Source of the DNA: Octopus vulgaris
Taxonomy: Eukaryota
Assembly: GCA_951406725.2 (NCBI GenBank)
Contig: OX597815.1
Span: forward strand, 121,830,001-121,894,000
Reading direction: 5' to 3'
Length of the DNA stretch: 64,000 nucleotides
The notes under the pieces are model-generated. The model did not search any database, had not been told where the DNA came from, and saw nothing but the letters and a program-made list of their open reading frames with translations. Shown here in pieces: positions 50,650-64,000 of this stretch; position 1 is the stretch's first letter; every line of letters begins with the position of its first letter. A program made the position numbers and the translations under genes.

Positions 50650-53220
50650 CTTCTATAAATGCCAAAACCTTCCCAGGCAAAGAATGTACCCCACAATAGA
50701 CTGGTAATTAGCGACTTCAAGATCTGGGCTAAATGGATGCCCAGAATACGACCAGCATGGAGGAGAAGGGTCTGGAAGCTTAAAGATCCTGCAACTGGAC
50801 AGAGATTTAGAGACGTATTACTCAAAGCCTTTGACAAAATATAGGGGGATATAGCTTCACACGATGTGGAAGACAACTGGAGGTTTCTACGGGACAACCT
50901 GTTGAGGGCCACTGACCAGATCTGTGGATGGTGCAAAGTCCCTTCTCGGCCCAAAATAACGTGGTGGTAGAACAATGTTGTTGACAGGGCTATTAGAGAA
51001 AAGAAACAGGCTTTGAAGGACTGGAAGAACGGTGGTAGCAAGGAATTTTATCAGACTGCCAGAAGGAAAGCTAGGAGACAGGTTTGTTTAGCCAGAGGGG
51101 AAGCAGATAAGAAAAAATTTGCCAATGTTCTGCACCAAGAGGTGCAAAGAGGACCAAAGACTTGAGGTATTTCGTGTTGCAAGACAGCGTGTGAAAGAGA
51201 ATCATGATGTCGTAGGAGAGAAATGTGTCCACATGGATGATGGTTCACTTGCAATAAACGAGGCTGCTAAGAGAGAGGTTTGGAGATGCCACTATGAAAG
51301 GCTGCTCAATAAAGAGAATGAATGGGAGAAAGAGAGTCTGCCGAATGTCAACCCAACAGAGGGACCAGTTATTCCAGCCCATCAGAGATGCTCAAAATAT
51401 CTGATGTTGGTTATAGCCTAGTCACCCCTATAGTTAAATAGGTGATACATGAAGGAGTCATAGCTAATGACTGGTGTAACAGCATAATAGTCAACTGCTA
51501 CAAAGGTGAATGTGATGCTTTAGATACAAATAATTACAGAAGTATCAAGTTGTTGGATCAGGTAATGAAGGTCATGGAGAGGGTCATAGCCCAACTAATT
51601 AGGGAGAGAGTCAGTTTAGGGGAGATGCAGTTTGGGTTTATGCCAGGGAAAAGCACCACTGATGCTATATTTCTGGTAAGATAGCTGCAGGAGAAATACC
51701 TAGCCAAAGATAAACCTCTGTACCTGGCGTTCGTTGACATGGAGAAAGCCTTTGACAGGGTCCCCCCCCCCCCGATCCCTTATCTGGTGGTCAATGAGGA
51801 AACTAGGGATAGATGAATGGTTAGTGAGAGCTGTGCAAGCCATGTACAGGGACGCTGTCAGTAAGGTGAGAGTTGGCAACAAATACAGTGAAGAATTCTG
51901 AGTAGAGGTAGGGGTCCACCAAGGTTCAGTCCTCAGCAATCTCCTATTTATCATAGTCCTCCAGGCAATATCAGAAGAATTCAAGACAGGATGCCCCTGG
52001 GGCTCCTCTATGCTGATGACCTTGCTCTAATTGCTGAGTCACTGTCAGAACTAGAGAAGTTTCAGGTGTGGAAGCAAGGATTACAATCGAAGGGCCTTAG
52101 AATCAACCTAGCTAAAACCAAAGTCCTAATAAGTAGGAAGGCAGACAAACCACCAAGCCCTTCAGGTAGATGGCTGCTCAATCGGTAGAAAAGGCATAGG
52201 TAGAAACTCTATAAGATATAGCCAGTGTAAGCTATGGACACATAAGATGTGCAGCAATAGCAAAGGAAGGCTAACTGGGAAGATAGTTTTTGCATGTGGC
52301 AGATGCTCAGGAGCAATAAACACTGAAAACGTGCAGAGAACGACTTCGGCCACATTCCAGAGAGAAAAACTAGAAGTAGTTGATAGCTTCAGTTACCTAG
52401 GTGACCAAGTCAGTAGCAGGGGGTGGGTGCACTGAAAGTGTAGCTGCTAGAATAAGAATAGCCTGAGCAAAGTTCAGAGAGCTCTTACCATTGCCTGTGA
52501 CAAAGGCCTCTCGCTCAGAGTAAAAGCTAGACTGTATGACGCATGTGTACAAACAGCCATGCTACATGGCAGTGAAACATGGGCTGTGACTGCTGAGGAC
52601 ATGCGTAAGCTTGCAAGGAATGAAGCCAGTATGCTCTGCTGGATGTGTAATGTCAGTGTGCATACTCGATAGAGTGTAAGTACCTTGAGAGAAAAGTTGG
52701 ACCTAAGAAGCATCAGATGTGGTGTGCAAGAGAGACAACTGTGCTGGTATGGACATGTGGCAAGAATGGATGAGGATAGCTGTGTGAAAAAGTACCATAC
52801 CCTAGCGGTTGAGGGAACTTGTGGAAGAGGTAGACCCAGGAAGACCTGGGATGAGATGGTGAAGCACAACCTTCAAACATTAGGCCTCACCAAGGCAATG
52901 ACTAGTGACCGAGACCTTTGGAAATATGCTGTGCTTGAGAAGACCCGGCAAGCCAAATGAGACCATAACTTGTGGCCTATGCCAGGGGTGTAACCAGCCC
53001 ACTTATGCATACCTTTCCTTCATTGGACACTAAACTCAGCTTGTGAAGGCCTGTTGAGGCAAGCGAAATCGAAATCAAATTCAATGACTGGCATCTGTGC
53101 TAGTGAAGCGCTAAGAGCACCATCCGAGTGTGATCGTTGCCAGAGCAGCTGACTGGCTTCCATGCCGGTGGCACATAAAAAGCACCATTCGAGCTTGATC
53201 ATTACCAGTGTCGCCTTACT
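50650..53220 (+). mobile_element. 5'-truncated, decayed RTE-clade LINE (end of APE domain, reverse transcriptase, 3' UTR)
   Basis: Motifs RLVISDF, NYRSIKLL, QFGFMPGKSTTDAIF, LAFVDMEKAFDRV, GVHQGSVLS, LLYADDL, INLAKTKV, FSYLG, WYGHVARM, GRGRPRKTW. The ORF ends at ~52960. Multiple stops and frameshifts, including an expanded C-run at ~51762-51773. Confidence 0.93.
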
Positions 53221-53229
53221 TAATGAGTA

Positions 53230-53620
53230 TTAATCTTACATCTGGGATAGTGCCACTGTTGTACAAATGAACATCCTAAACTCCATCCAGAAAAGAGCCA
53301 CCCAACTGTTTGGCATAAAGTCATTCACAGATACACACCAGCCTCTTACTCATAGACATGCTGGCTTCTCTCTTTACCTTTCTACTTTTACAATAATGGC
53401 CTCTCATGCCCAGTGCTGGCTGGGATCATACCAGCACCATTCAAGCATTCCTGTCCTGCTCATCTCTACTCCTCTCATCACATATGTTGTGTTGAGGCCC
53501 AACACCAATTACTAAACCCAGTTTTTCCTTCCTGGAATGTCAGTTCTCTAAAATTCCCTCCCCACTCAGGTCTTTTCTGTAGATATTAATTTACAAAGGC
53601 ATCAACCACATCAATCTAAG
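53230..53620 (+). mobile_element. 3' fragment of a CR1/Zenon-like LINE
   Basis: Translation IWDSA....ILNSIQKRATQLFG......QPLTHRH..FSL followed by ...NSLP..VF, matching CR1-group ORF2 C-termini. Related fragments at ~39210-39300 (+) and ~61470-61830 (-, with poly-A tail). Confidence 0.65.
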
Positions 53621-55356
53621 AGGACTTACAAAAGCCATGAGCACTGCTCCTTCCTCTAAACCCGGCAAGCATTAAGTTTAAAAACAAAAAACACATGCTA
53701 ATAGATATTATATAACTATGGATACCAAGGGAAACTTAGTAGTAGGTAAGTTAGATTAAAAAAACAATGAGACTTGCACATTGCAGATAACCACAATGCA
53801 TAAACAAATGATGTATAGCAAATGTTTAACAAATGGTGCAAAAATGATGATTATCATTATCATCATCCGGCTTCATAAAACAATTTTAAATATGGAACTG
53901 TAAGTCTTAAACACAACACCAGGAAATAATAGCAAAGTCCTTGAGGAACTAAAGAAAGTTATAAATCAGATACTTAACATAAATGGCCTTTTGCATGAAA
54001 AGATTTTAATACTAGAATGGATAATAAAGCTATTGACTGAGTAATCAGATGTTTATATTAATAATTGTTCTTTCTTTCTTTTTAAATGATTACTTTATGA
54101 GACATTGACACCAAATCTTGCTAATCACTTCCAATTCTAATTTCCATTATGTCCTATCCAGTTACAGAAACCTAATTGCTACAGAAACCTAATTGTAAGT
54201 ATTACATTTGATGATATCGATATGGTCATGGGTATTTAATGATATAAATATGGTCAGGGGCATCCAGAACTAGGGAGTTCAGAAATGTTGGAGAGTGAGA
54301 TGATATAGTCACCACTACCCCCAGGTTTACTCTTACCTGGAGTGGTAATGGCTGTTAAAGGATCCAGTTATAAGCCAAAAACCTAAATATGACCCTTTGG
54401 CAAATGCACACAAGACGTGTGTGTGTGTGTGTACATACATTGATGTCACATGACCAGTCCTTTTACCGAAAGGTTAAACAAGCCTTGTGCCTCAATGGTA
54501 AACTCAGGGGAGCAGAAGAACCTCTTAAGTAAGCAGTAAACAAACCAGCAGAAGGCAATGGAAAACTACTGATGCTGAATCTTTCACAAATAAAATCATG
54601 AGTCTTCAAACTTTGTCATGAAAGTCCACAACAGCCAATATTTGTAGACATAACAAAGAGAGGGGGTGAAAAAGAGAGATCAATTCCGTATATGGATTTT
54701 TCTTTAAATTGTATTTGAAACCTTAGTTTTTACTTCATGTAACAACTTCCATAGCACTGTATCTATCTCTGCATCATGTCTATTTTTACTCCCTGGGTCT
54801 ACCTCCTTCCTGGCTCACCAAGTACCAGACAAGTATCTTCCTTTCTCAACTGATTATTTGGTATTTTTTAATCAGTTACACTTATCTGACTTTCAGACTC
54901 ATAAAGTAGCAATGTTGACATTTAATCTGGCAGCTATGTTCAGTCTATCACAAATTCTTTATAACCTTCGTTGTAAGAGCTACTTACTATCATTGTCTGA
55001 ACATCTAGTTAACAAATTGCAATGTATATTTCTGTTAGTATACATGACACCTTTTAGTTTATTTGTCAGTGAAGATTTTCAATTTAAGTATATACTGACA
55101 GCATCATATATGTATGTGTGTGTCGTGTGTGTGTGTATATATATATATATATCAGCAGATCATACTTAATTCCCCATCAGTCTTCTTCAGTAATATGCAC
55201 ATTAATGAAGACTATGTGAAGTACAAATTTGGCTGCCAAACAGCATCGCATTTCAGACACTGGCACCATTCCCTCAGCAGAATGAACAAAGAAGAAAACC
55301 AGTTGTCACAAGCAAAATCACAAGTTTATGCAACCTGCGACTTCTAGCCCCACCCA

Positions 55357-55391
<35 letters not shown>

Positions 55392-56994
55392 TATACCGCA
55401 TTTGATTTTGTTTTCCAAAATAATGAAAAATATTAATTGAATTAAAATAGCATCTTATATTTAATATAGAAGCATAAATCAAAAAGTTATTGCCAAACAA
55501 TACAAGTAATAAATGTTGAAGTATAATCAAAATAGATACATTTGAATTTCTTAAACAGACATGTAATTACATGTATAACAATTATACATCTACAAATACA
55601 AATATTTGTGCATAATTACATGCATAACACTGCTTTTATATATCATCATCATTTAACATCTGCTTTCCATGCTGGCATGGGTTGTACAGTTTGACTGAGA
55701 ACTGACAAGTTTGGAGCCTGCACCAGGCTCCAATCTGATTTGGCAAGGTTTCTACAGCTGGATGCCCTTCCTAATACTAACCACTCCAAGAGTATAGTGG
55801 GTGCTTTTATGTATGATGGGCACAGGAGCCAGTCAGGTGGTACTGGCATCAGCCACGCTCAAATGGTGCTTTTTTTATGTATCTATTATGCATGTAAGCG
55901 CACGCCAGCATGAAAGATGGAAATTAAAAACTGTTGATATATACAATAGACATGATTGCGTGGTCAAGAAGTTCACTTCCCAGCCCTATGGTTTCAGATT
56001 CAGTACCACTGCATGGCACTTTGGGTGAGTACCTTCTACAGTAGCTACATGCAGACCAAAGCCTTCTGGGTGAATTTGGTAATCAGAAACTGAAAGAAGC
56101 CTTGCTGTCATGTGTATGTGTATACATATAAAGTACTTAGCTTTTAATGAACGATATGCCTATTTGATGTATATTCTATATTATTAATTATGAATTACAA
56201 AGTGTGTAATCTTAATAAATTTTGCATACATGGGTTTACAGGCAGCATTTTTTTAGTTATCTTATTACACAAGATATTCTAGAGAAAACACAAACATAGA
56301 AAAAAAAGAAGTCTTTGGCAAGTAATTTGCAACACAGTTCTTGTTCAAGGATGTTAAGCTTGAAGCAATGCCAACAGTTGGTTAAACAACAACTAGAAAT
56401 AAGATGCTGGTTTTCAACATAAAAATGAATAAAAGTATGTCAATATTTGTTCCTACCGGGAGATAAAGCAGCCAGCCTAGCTATCAGCATGAAGAAGAGT
56501 TTTATTCTTATCATTAAAACTGTAATACTTTCTATGTATATATTATATTGGCTAAAGTCAAACTGACATTATAATTTACATGCATGGATGTGTGGTTGAA
56601 AAGTCTGTTCCCCAACCTCATGCTTCGGGTTCAGTTTTGCGGTGCAGCGCCTTAAATAACTGTCTTTTACTATAGTCAACCAAAGCTTTGTGAGTGGAAT
56701 CGGTAGATGCAAAATGAAAAAACAAAAACATGTCATATATATGCAATTATCAATGGTCATAGAATGACATGTCTGTCCTTCTAAATCAGCCATGCATGAA
56801 ATTCCAATAGTATAGGCCACTTCATTTTTGCATTTGGCTCACAAAATTCTTGATGGGAATTTGCATTGAAACAAATTTTGTGTCTTGGGTTTGAAGATCA
56901 TTATGCCAATAATAACACATGCACAGGTCCAATTTCACTTCTTTAGTGTTAGTCATTTGGTTAAATATCTAACCAACTAACTAATTGATTGTTT

Positions 56995-57208
56995 GTTTAA
57001 TGTGTTGGTTAAACAATCAATCAGTTATTTGCTAATCAAAATTTTTTCTTTACTTTTCACGACCTTTTCAATGATTTAGTGACCTCTCCTCTCACTGCAA
57101 GATCTGAGTGAAAGGGGAGGTCATTAAGTCACTGAAAAGGTTGCAAACAGCAACGAATAGACTTTAACTAGCAAACAAACAACTGCTTGTTTAACCAGTA
57201 TCCTAAAC
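56995..57208. repeat. Long imperfect inverted repeat (~100-bp arms, 10-nt loop)
   Basis: gaccttttcaatgatttagtgacctctcctctcact[gcaagatctg]agtgaaaggggaggtcattaagtcactgaaaaggtt, with outer arms tggttaaacaa / ttgtttaacca. Confidence 0.85.
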
Positions 57209-58239
57209 ACAACAAAATTAGGCCACTTCACCTCTACTAAAATAAATACATTGTCTTTAACATACCAGACTGCTTATCTCGATCTTCAAACCCAATTTAT
57301 TTTTCTACATTCCCCTTCATACTTTTCATTCTATTTATTTGTTTGTTTACTTATTTATTTTATTCTCTATTTTTGTTATCATATGGTTTATTAGATAAGG
57401 ATGGTCAATCAAATCTATAGAAAGCAAATCTTTATGATAAACTTTTTCTTATTTTATCTTTATTTTTTATCTAATTGAATTTACTTTATTTCTTTATTGT
57501 ATCTTTCTGAATTCATATTTGTTGTCCTTGCTTAGTGAACTCCATTCATGGTATTTGTGAAGAGGTAAATCTATTGTCTGTGACTCTATAATGAAACTAT
57601 TTAGTAGAGTCTGGTGTTTTAACTTGCCATGAAATATTCTGAAATGCAGTCTGTTCTTTATGTTACAGTCCAATTTTATTAATGGATGTATGTGCATGTG
57701 TGTGAGTGAGAGAGAGACAGACAGACAGATTATGTAGAGTTTCTTATTTGACTAACACAGATTATGAAACAGCTGTCATCAAATGGAATAAATATCTATT
57801 CTTTCAATTTATACATACACACACAAGTGTACATATAAATATATTAAGTGTGTATATGTACATATATGTATGTGTATGAGTACATATATGTTAGTTTTAC
57901 ATCTGTTTTCTCTATGCCTGATGCCCTTCAGGTCTCCAACTCTCACTTATTCTTCAAGTAGGAAATGTCTTATTTCTTACATCTAAGAAGGTAGGAACCA
58001 AACCAAATTAGTTGCTGACAGAAGTGGCAACAACACACCACTCATAACATCTTTCATGGAGCATTATTGTAAACACAGACACATACATATTTATATATTG
58101 CATGGATAGTCTTCGCTTTTTTTCTCTCCAAAAGATTTTTCAACCCAATATTTATTCACTATTATTTATAGCTTTATCTACTTTGAGTTCAACTGTTAAA
58201 AACATATATAGATAGAGAGGGAGAGAGAGACACACACAT

Positions 58240-58276
<37 letters not shown>

Positions 58277-58448
58277 AGCACAGGCAGGAAGCTTGCTTGC
58301 TTCCCTAACAGATGGTCTTGAGTTCAGTCCCACTGTGAGGCATCTTAGGCAGGTGTCTTCTACTATAGCCTCAGGCTAATCAAAGCTTTGCGAGTGGATT
58401 TAGCAGGCGAAAACTGAAATAAGCCTATCACATTTGTGTGTGTGTATG

Positions 58449-58480
<32 letters not shown>

Positions 58481-58717
58481 TATGTGTGTTTGTTTTTGTG
58501 ACTGTTCCCCACTACCAATTGATGACCAGTGTTGGTGTATTTAACGTCTCTGTAACTTGGCAATTCAACATTTAAGAGACTGAAAGAATAAATACCAAGC
58601 TTCAAATATATAAGTAGTGGGGTTGATTCATATGACTGAAAATTCTTCAAGGTGGTGTCCCAGCAGAGACACAGTCTAACAAAGAATGAGACAGGTAATT
58701 ACATATATATATATATC

Positions 58718-59228
58718 TGCTTGCAAAGACCTGTTGAGGCAAGTGAAATTGAAATCGATCAAAAATCAATGGAAATTGTGGTTGTGATACCAGTGCCAGT
58801 GGCACGTAAAGGGAGCATCCGAATGTGGCCCTTTCCTTCTTGGGACACAAAACTCTACTTGCGAAAACCTGTTGAGGCAAGTGAAATCGAAATCGATCAA
58901 AAATCAATGGAAATTGCAGTTGTGATACCCGTGCCGGTGGCACATAAAAGGGCCATCCGAACGTGGTCGTTGCCAGTGCTGCCTCCACTGGCCTCCATGC
59001 CGGTGGCACGTAAAAAGCACCAACCGATCGTGGCCATTGCCAGCCTCGCCTGGCACATAAAAAGCACCCACTACACTCATGGAGTGGTTGGCGTTAGGAA
59101 GGGCATTCAGCTGTAGAAACACTGCCAGATCAGACTGGGCCTGGTGCAGCCTCCTAGCTTCCCAGACCCAAGTCGAACCATCCAACCCATTCTAGCACGG
59201 AAAGCAGACGTTAAATGATGATGATGAT
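58718..59228 (+). mobile_element. RTE 3'-UTR fragment with an internal ~140-bp tandem duplication and (GAT)n tail (related copies ~4700-4935+, 5962-6295+, 30893-31088+, 32398-32700-, 34300-34625+, 55645-55875-)
   Basis: cctgttgaggcaagtgaaat.gaaatcgatcaaaaatcaatggaaattg occurs twice and matches the LINE UTR at 53040-53220; tail gatgatgatg. Confidence 0.85.
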
Positions 59229-62165
59229 GATATATATATATATATATATATATATAATGATGGGTTTTCAGTTTCTGACTACTAAATTCCTTTTGGGCAG
59301 CCCAAGGCTTATGTCAGACACTTGCTCAAAGTGTAGCACATTGGAACTGAATCCAAAACCATGTGGTTGGGAACCAAACTTCTCAACCACACAGCCATGC
59401 CTGTATCTACACACGTGTGTGTGTGTGTTTATTTACATTCATGCTTTTCAGGAAACTGAGTTACAAAGCAGAAATGTTGTTGTCATTTCTCCTGTCAACT
59501 AATCGTTCACTGGCATTGCCCTTGAAAGACATGAAAAATAAGACATGATGAATAGGTAAAGCTTAGTAACAGGAAAGGCATCCAGCTGTAAAACAGTGCC
59601 TCGGTAATACATTTGTCTAACCCATGCAAGCATGGAAAAATGGATTAATGAATTCAATAAAAATCAGAAATTTAAAACCCAAGATTTGTCTCATTTTCTT
59701 TTTTTAATATTGAAATAAAGTATGTAGTAATACTATGTACAATGTAGTTACAATCAGTTCTACAAAAGAGAAAAAGAAAGCAGGTAATGACAGAGAACTG
59801 GCAAATGAGAATCTTTGGAATTCCTATACAACTACAAAAGATCAAAGCTCCTAATCTTGTATTGGCCTTTAAGGAGGTTTAAATTTAAGAAATAGTAAGG
59901 TTTGTAATTTTTGTAATCTACATTGGTCCAAATTCATTTGGAATATGAAGGTGGCAAGCTGACAGAATCATTAGCATGTCGGGCAAAATGCTTCGTAGCA
60001 TTTATTCTGTCTTCAAGAAATGAAAGGAAAATTTTATATTACTCAGAACATATGCAACAAGGGCCAACTAAAAGTCTGAAAATAAACATGGACACTTAAG
60101 CCAAAGTTATAGAATTGCTAGACAAAGAGTTAAATGAAATTTGTAAAAGAGTGACTTCAATTTGTATGAATGGGAATCAAGAGTAAATAACTGAAATGTG
60201 AGGAAATAAATCATTTGACACAGCCCAACACATCAAAAACTGAACATCTCAGTAACAAACATGGAGTGACCAGTAATGATCATAGCATCATTTATGTGAG
60301 ACAAAAAATGATTTGTCTATGACCAGACATGTGAGTGTTACAATGGACAATGTACTCACATGTAGATCCATAGAAGTTAAATCATCCTCAACCGACAGGT
60401 ATTACTTATGTTATCAAGAAACATATATATTTGAAACAGCAGTCTTGCACAATTTGGTCATTGTAGAAATCTCCAATATTTTTGGACTGGACAATGAGGA
60501 AATTAAATTTATATTTCCTCAAAGGAAGTACATGTATTTTATTTTCATAATGCAGAAAATTTATCACAAACTCTGAACAATATTCAAAACCAATTTTGCT
60601 GTACTCAAGATTGAATTAATACAGCATTCAACTTCTAACATTGTGTAAATTCCAATATACCATTCCAATGCACATCTGCTTTATTTCAAATGCTCCAACT
60701 TTGTCTCATATCAAAGTTGTTTAATGGTTTAAATGACTGAGAAATCCAAATACATTAACGCTTCATTCTGACAAATTTTCCTCACAAAATCTCAAACAAC
60801 TGTAAACAAACAATAACTCCTTACTTAAACAGATGATACTAAGCTTGTGAGGTGAACAAATTTTGTTGGACCCTATCTGGGGTTAAATAAATCATCTACT
60901 TGCTAGATTTTAAATCAAAAGCTTTATGACAACAACCGTATAATAGACAACTCATCAGATTTTTATCACAAAAGAAGGTTTCTTGTCCTATCATATTTTT
61001 TAGTTTAAAATTAGACTAACTATAATCAGAATTTAGTTCAAATGTATGTTATTTTGTTAAGTAATGAAAGCAAGAACTAAGGTGATAATTTGTGACACTA
61101 GTTCAATTCCACCAGGTTATATCTATTTCACTCACTCTCACAAAACCCCTTTGGAAGGGGAAGAATATCACAAGCTCATTTTTTCTTAAAATCAAGTAAT
61201 TGGATATTTATTACATTTATACTTCAGTTTAAGTGAATATGTATCCATATAATTATTATATTAAAAAGGTGATTAAAATAGATGATTAATTTTAACTGAA
61301 TTTCTTTCTTTGAACAATCATTTTTTAATGTTGGGGTATTTCTAAATTAAGTAGCATATTGATTCATACATTGCTTTTATCGTTTGATCTTAACCACAAA
61401 CCATATCGACAGAGTGGAATAAGGAATGGTGTAGTTTCAACCTAGTAGCTATTAGCCTTTTTTTTTCTTTCTTTCTTTTTTTTTTTTTTTTTTTACTTAC
61501 TGAATCTAGAGTAAAGAGCAGTGCCTGGTCAATACCATATTACTCTTCAATATTTGTAAGCGATCTCTGACAGAAAAGACTTAGAGAGGGAGGGAATTCA
61601 TGGAGCTGACATTCTGGGATGGAAGGGCTGCACATAGTGACAGGGGTAGGAGGGGGGCACTAAGAGGTTGGATGCAACAAGGGTGAAGGGAGGTCTAGAA
61701 CAGGAATATTTAAGCGGAAGTGGCATGAACCAACCAGACCCAAGAAGCAGAGGCCATAATAGAAGCAGTAGAAAAGGTAGAGAGAGGAAACCTAAGAGGC
61801 TGGAATGTTTGTGAGTGACTTCATGCAAATCAATTGGATACTCCATTTCTAGTTAGACAATGATTAAATTGTTGGCCATTGCTGTTAGATAAATGATTGA
61901 CGGTTCCAGAACCATAAATCTATGTGGTTAATACTTTAAATAATTTGATCACATAAATTCAGTATCAACCTCTTGAAATGAAGATTTTATTGTTTATACC
62001 ACATCATAGTTGTTGTGGCCCAAAAGCATTTGCTTATCATTCTATTTAAAAGTTAAACAAGTTGAGACTTATAGGTGGAGTATTGAAACAGCTAGAAAAC
62101 TAATGAGCAGTTTGTAGTTTAACAAAACTGGAATCAACGATCTTCTTACAAAATGGATAAATTAA

Positions 62166-62385
62166 CCCTTTTGATACCAACTCGGCTGAAACAGCCTCTG
62201 GCTCTGTAGTACAAATGTCTTGTTTTCAAAAGTTATGAATTAAAATTTTCCACCAAACCTTAGTCACAATTTATGTTCCTAACACTAGCTTAATGATAAC
62301 TAAGTTATTTTACTAAATTCTTTGTTATATTTAAAATTAATTGAAAGAAACAGAGCATCTCAACAGAAATATGATAACAAAAGGG
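62166..62385. mobile_element. piggyBac-like MITE; a degenerate 3' end of the same family occupies ~1-85
   Basis: TTAA|CCCTTTTGATACCA ... TGATAACAAAAGGG|TTAA. The block aagttattttac..aaattcttt also occurs at the window start. Confidence 0.85.
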
Positions 62386-63344
62386 TTAAGGAATATCTGT
62401 AACAACTTTTCAGATAAATGTCATTTTCCTTTTTAGGTTTTCATTAACTGGTTAGGAGATGTCGATCATTTTTCCATACACTTGCACAGAATGCATTGAA
62501 CAGATGACACTAACAAAACATTTGCTTGTACCAAGAAAACATTTTTTTTTCACTACATACCTCCATATTGAAAAAAAATATCTTAATAAACAAATTTTTT
62601 AAATTTCCAAATGGAGATGTTGACTAAAAATTCAAACAAAAGAAATATATCTTTTTAAAAATACAAAGACATTGATTCATAAAATATCTATTTCATTACA
62701 AGTTCTGGCATAATACCATACAGCTGACAGGGATATTGAAAGGACATATGATAAAAAGGAGAGACAATGAAGCTAGATACAGACTCCTGAATCTCTAATA
62801 AGGAAAATATTCCAATAAATCAAGACCGTCATTAAAACATACAATATGATGTTTAGCCTCAAGTAAGAAGTGAATTCTACAATAAAAGTACTTTTAATTA
62901 TATGTAAGCCTTCAATATATTCAAGGTATATAAATAATCAAAGCTATAAACAAAAGTTATCTTTCAAAAGAGGGACAAATTACACTAGATAGTATTAACT
63001 TTTATTTCAAATTAATTCAATTTAATGACAAACAAGACTGTAGTAATGAAATAAAACACTAAAAAAAATGAGTGCGTAAAATGATGACTATGCATACTTT
63101 TCAAATATAATTACAAAACCTTTTACAGATACATGTATTCTTTCAAACACAAACTGCCTCATGAGTATCAATGAAATTATAAACATACAGTTTTAGATAA
63201 AGGTAAACTGGAAAGAAAAGTGAAAAACAGATGTTACTTCATTATAAACAGATAGTGGTACAGAGCTGAATCTATTTTTAGATGAAATTTAAATCAATTT
63301 TTCAATCATTCTCAAAATTTAATAAGTTGTATATTGGTTTAGTC

Positions 63345-63655
63345 TAGTGATTCTGAGGATCTATATAAGATTTTAAGTGGTCCATGTAAGAAAATAGTGA
63401 ATTGGAGATCCACAACAGTATTTTAAGGCCCCCTAAACAAATTTTGCTTCAGATGCATGTATTGGCATGCTAGGTTTCTTTCTCTAAAATTCTACATAGT
63501 TCAACCTACACAAGTTAATGTGTGAAAAACAAAATAGGAATTATGAAAGTAGTTTCTATAAAACTAGTTTTTAAACATTGCATGGCTACAGGGGTCCACC
63601 AGAATAAAATAGTAATCAAAATGGTCCATAGATAAAAAATGGTTGGGAACCCCTG
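63345..63655. mobile_element. hAT-Charlie-like MITE (copy 2, left end eroded)
   Basis: Shares acatagttcaac..acacaagttaatgtg and gtttctataaaactagtttttaaaca with 25972-26320; right TIR ggttgggaacccctg. Confidence 0.8.
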
Positions 63656-63957
63656 GCTTAGTCAGTACTATTAGCAGTACTATAACCTTTGTACTGCCAA
63701 CCACTATAAGAATGTAATTAAGTCATATTTGTTACAGAATCAACACTAATGAGTTCAATATCAAAGATCTCTATGTGATTAGTTTCATTTCAGAATATCT
63801 ATTTAACTTATAAGATTCTCTTTCTCATTCAAGGCAAGCCTGACCTTCAACAGAGAAAGAAACAGAGGGAAAAGGGGAATATCCTGACATTGGTCCAAAA
63901 AGCAACAGAGAATAAAAATAGCTAAACAATTAAAAGAGGAATTGGTGAAAAATATAA

Positions 63958-63988
<31 letters not shown>

Positions 63989-64000
63989 ACAGAAAGTTCC

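Noticed and set aside
60360-60402. gtgagt donor after LSVEDDLTSMDLH
   Set aside because: No credible acceptor, an in-frame stop upstream, and a phase that does not match the downstream exons.
870-61846. Most ORF-track entries (YIYIYI, CVCVCV, THTHTH peptides and SINE-derived ORFs)
   Set aside because: They are translations of microsatellites, SINEs or RTE UTRs, with no domain signal or coherent splice context.

Overview
AT-rich animal genomic DNA with many microsatellites and transposons; there are no prokaryotic features. The SINE, RTE and MITE repertoire suggests an octopod cephalopod (Octopus-like), but this is my inference from recognising the repeats, not a database result. The window lies almost entirely within one minus-strand, long-intron gene encoding a cytoplasmic tandem I-set immunoglobulin protein of the titin/twitchin/UNC-89(obscurin)/MLCK type. 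Five well-supported coding exons (35071-34876, 28707-28578, 10981-10865, 9214-9020, 6719-6621) and a 25-nt microexon (49357-49333) splice with consistent GT-AG sites and phases. They encode two complete Ig domains and the start of a third; neither end of the gene could be identified. The introns hold several tRNA-derived SINE families, a decayed ~2.5 kb RTE LINE, CR1/Zenon-like 3' ends, a mariner relic, hAT and piggyBac MITEs, and two fold-back palindromes. The most interesting signals are: (1) a Penelope-like element in inverted configuration whose repeat joins a tRNA-like Pol III cassette to a hammerhead-ribozyme motif; (2) two further hammerhead-like motifs; (3) candidate microexons, including a symmetric 21-nt one in the proline-rich inter-Ig linker. 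Most ORF-track entries are artefacts of repeats. I found no convincing new multi-gene system.
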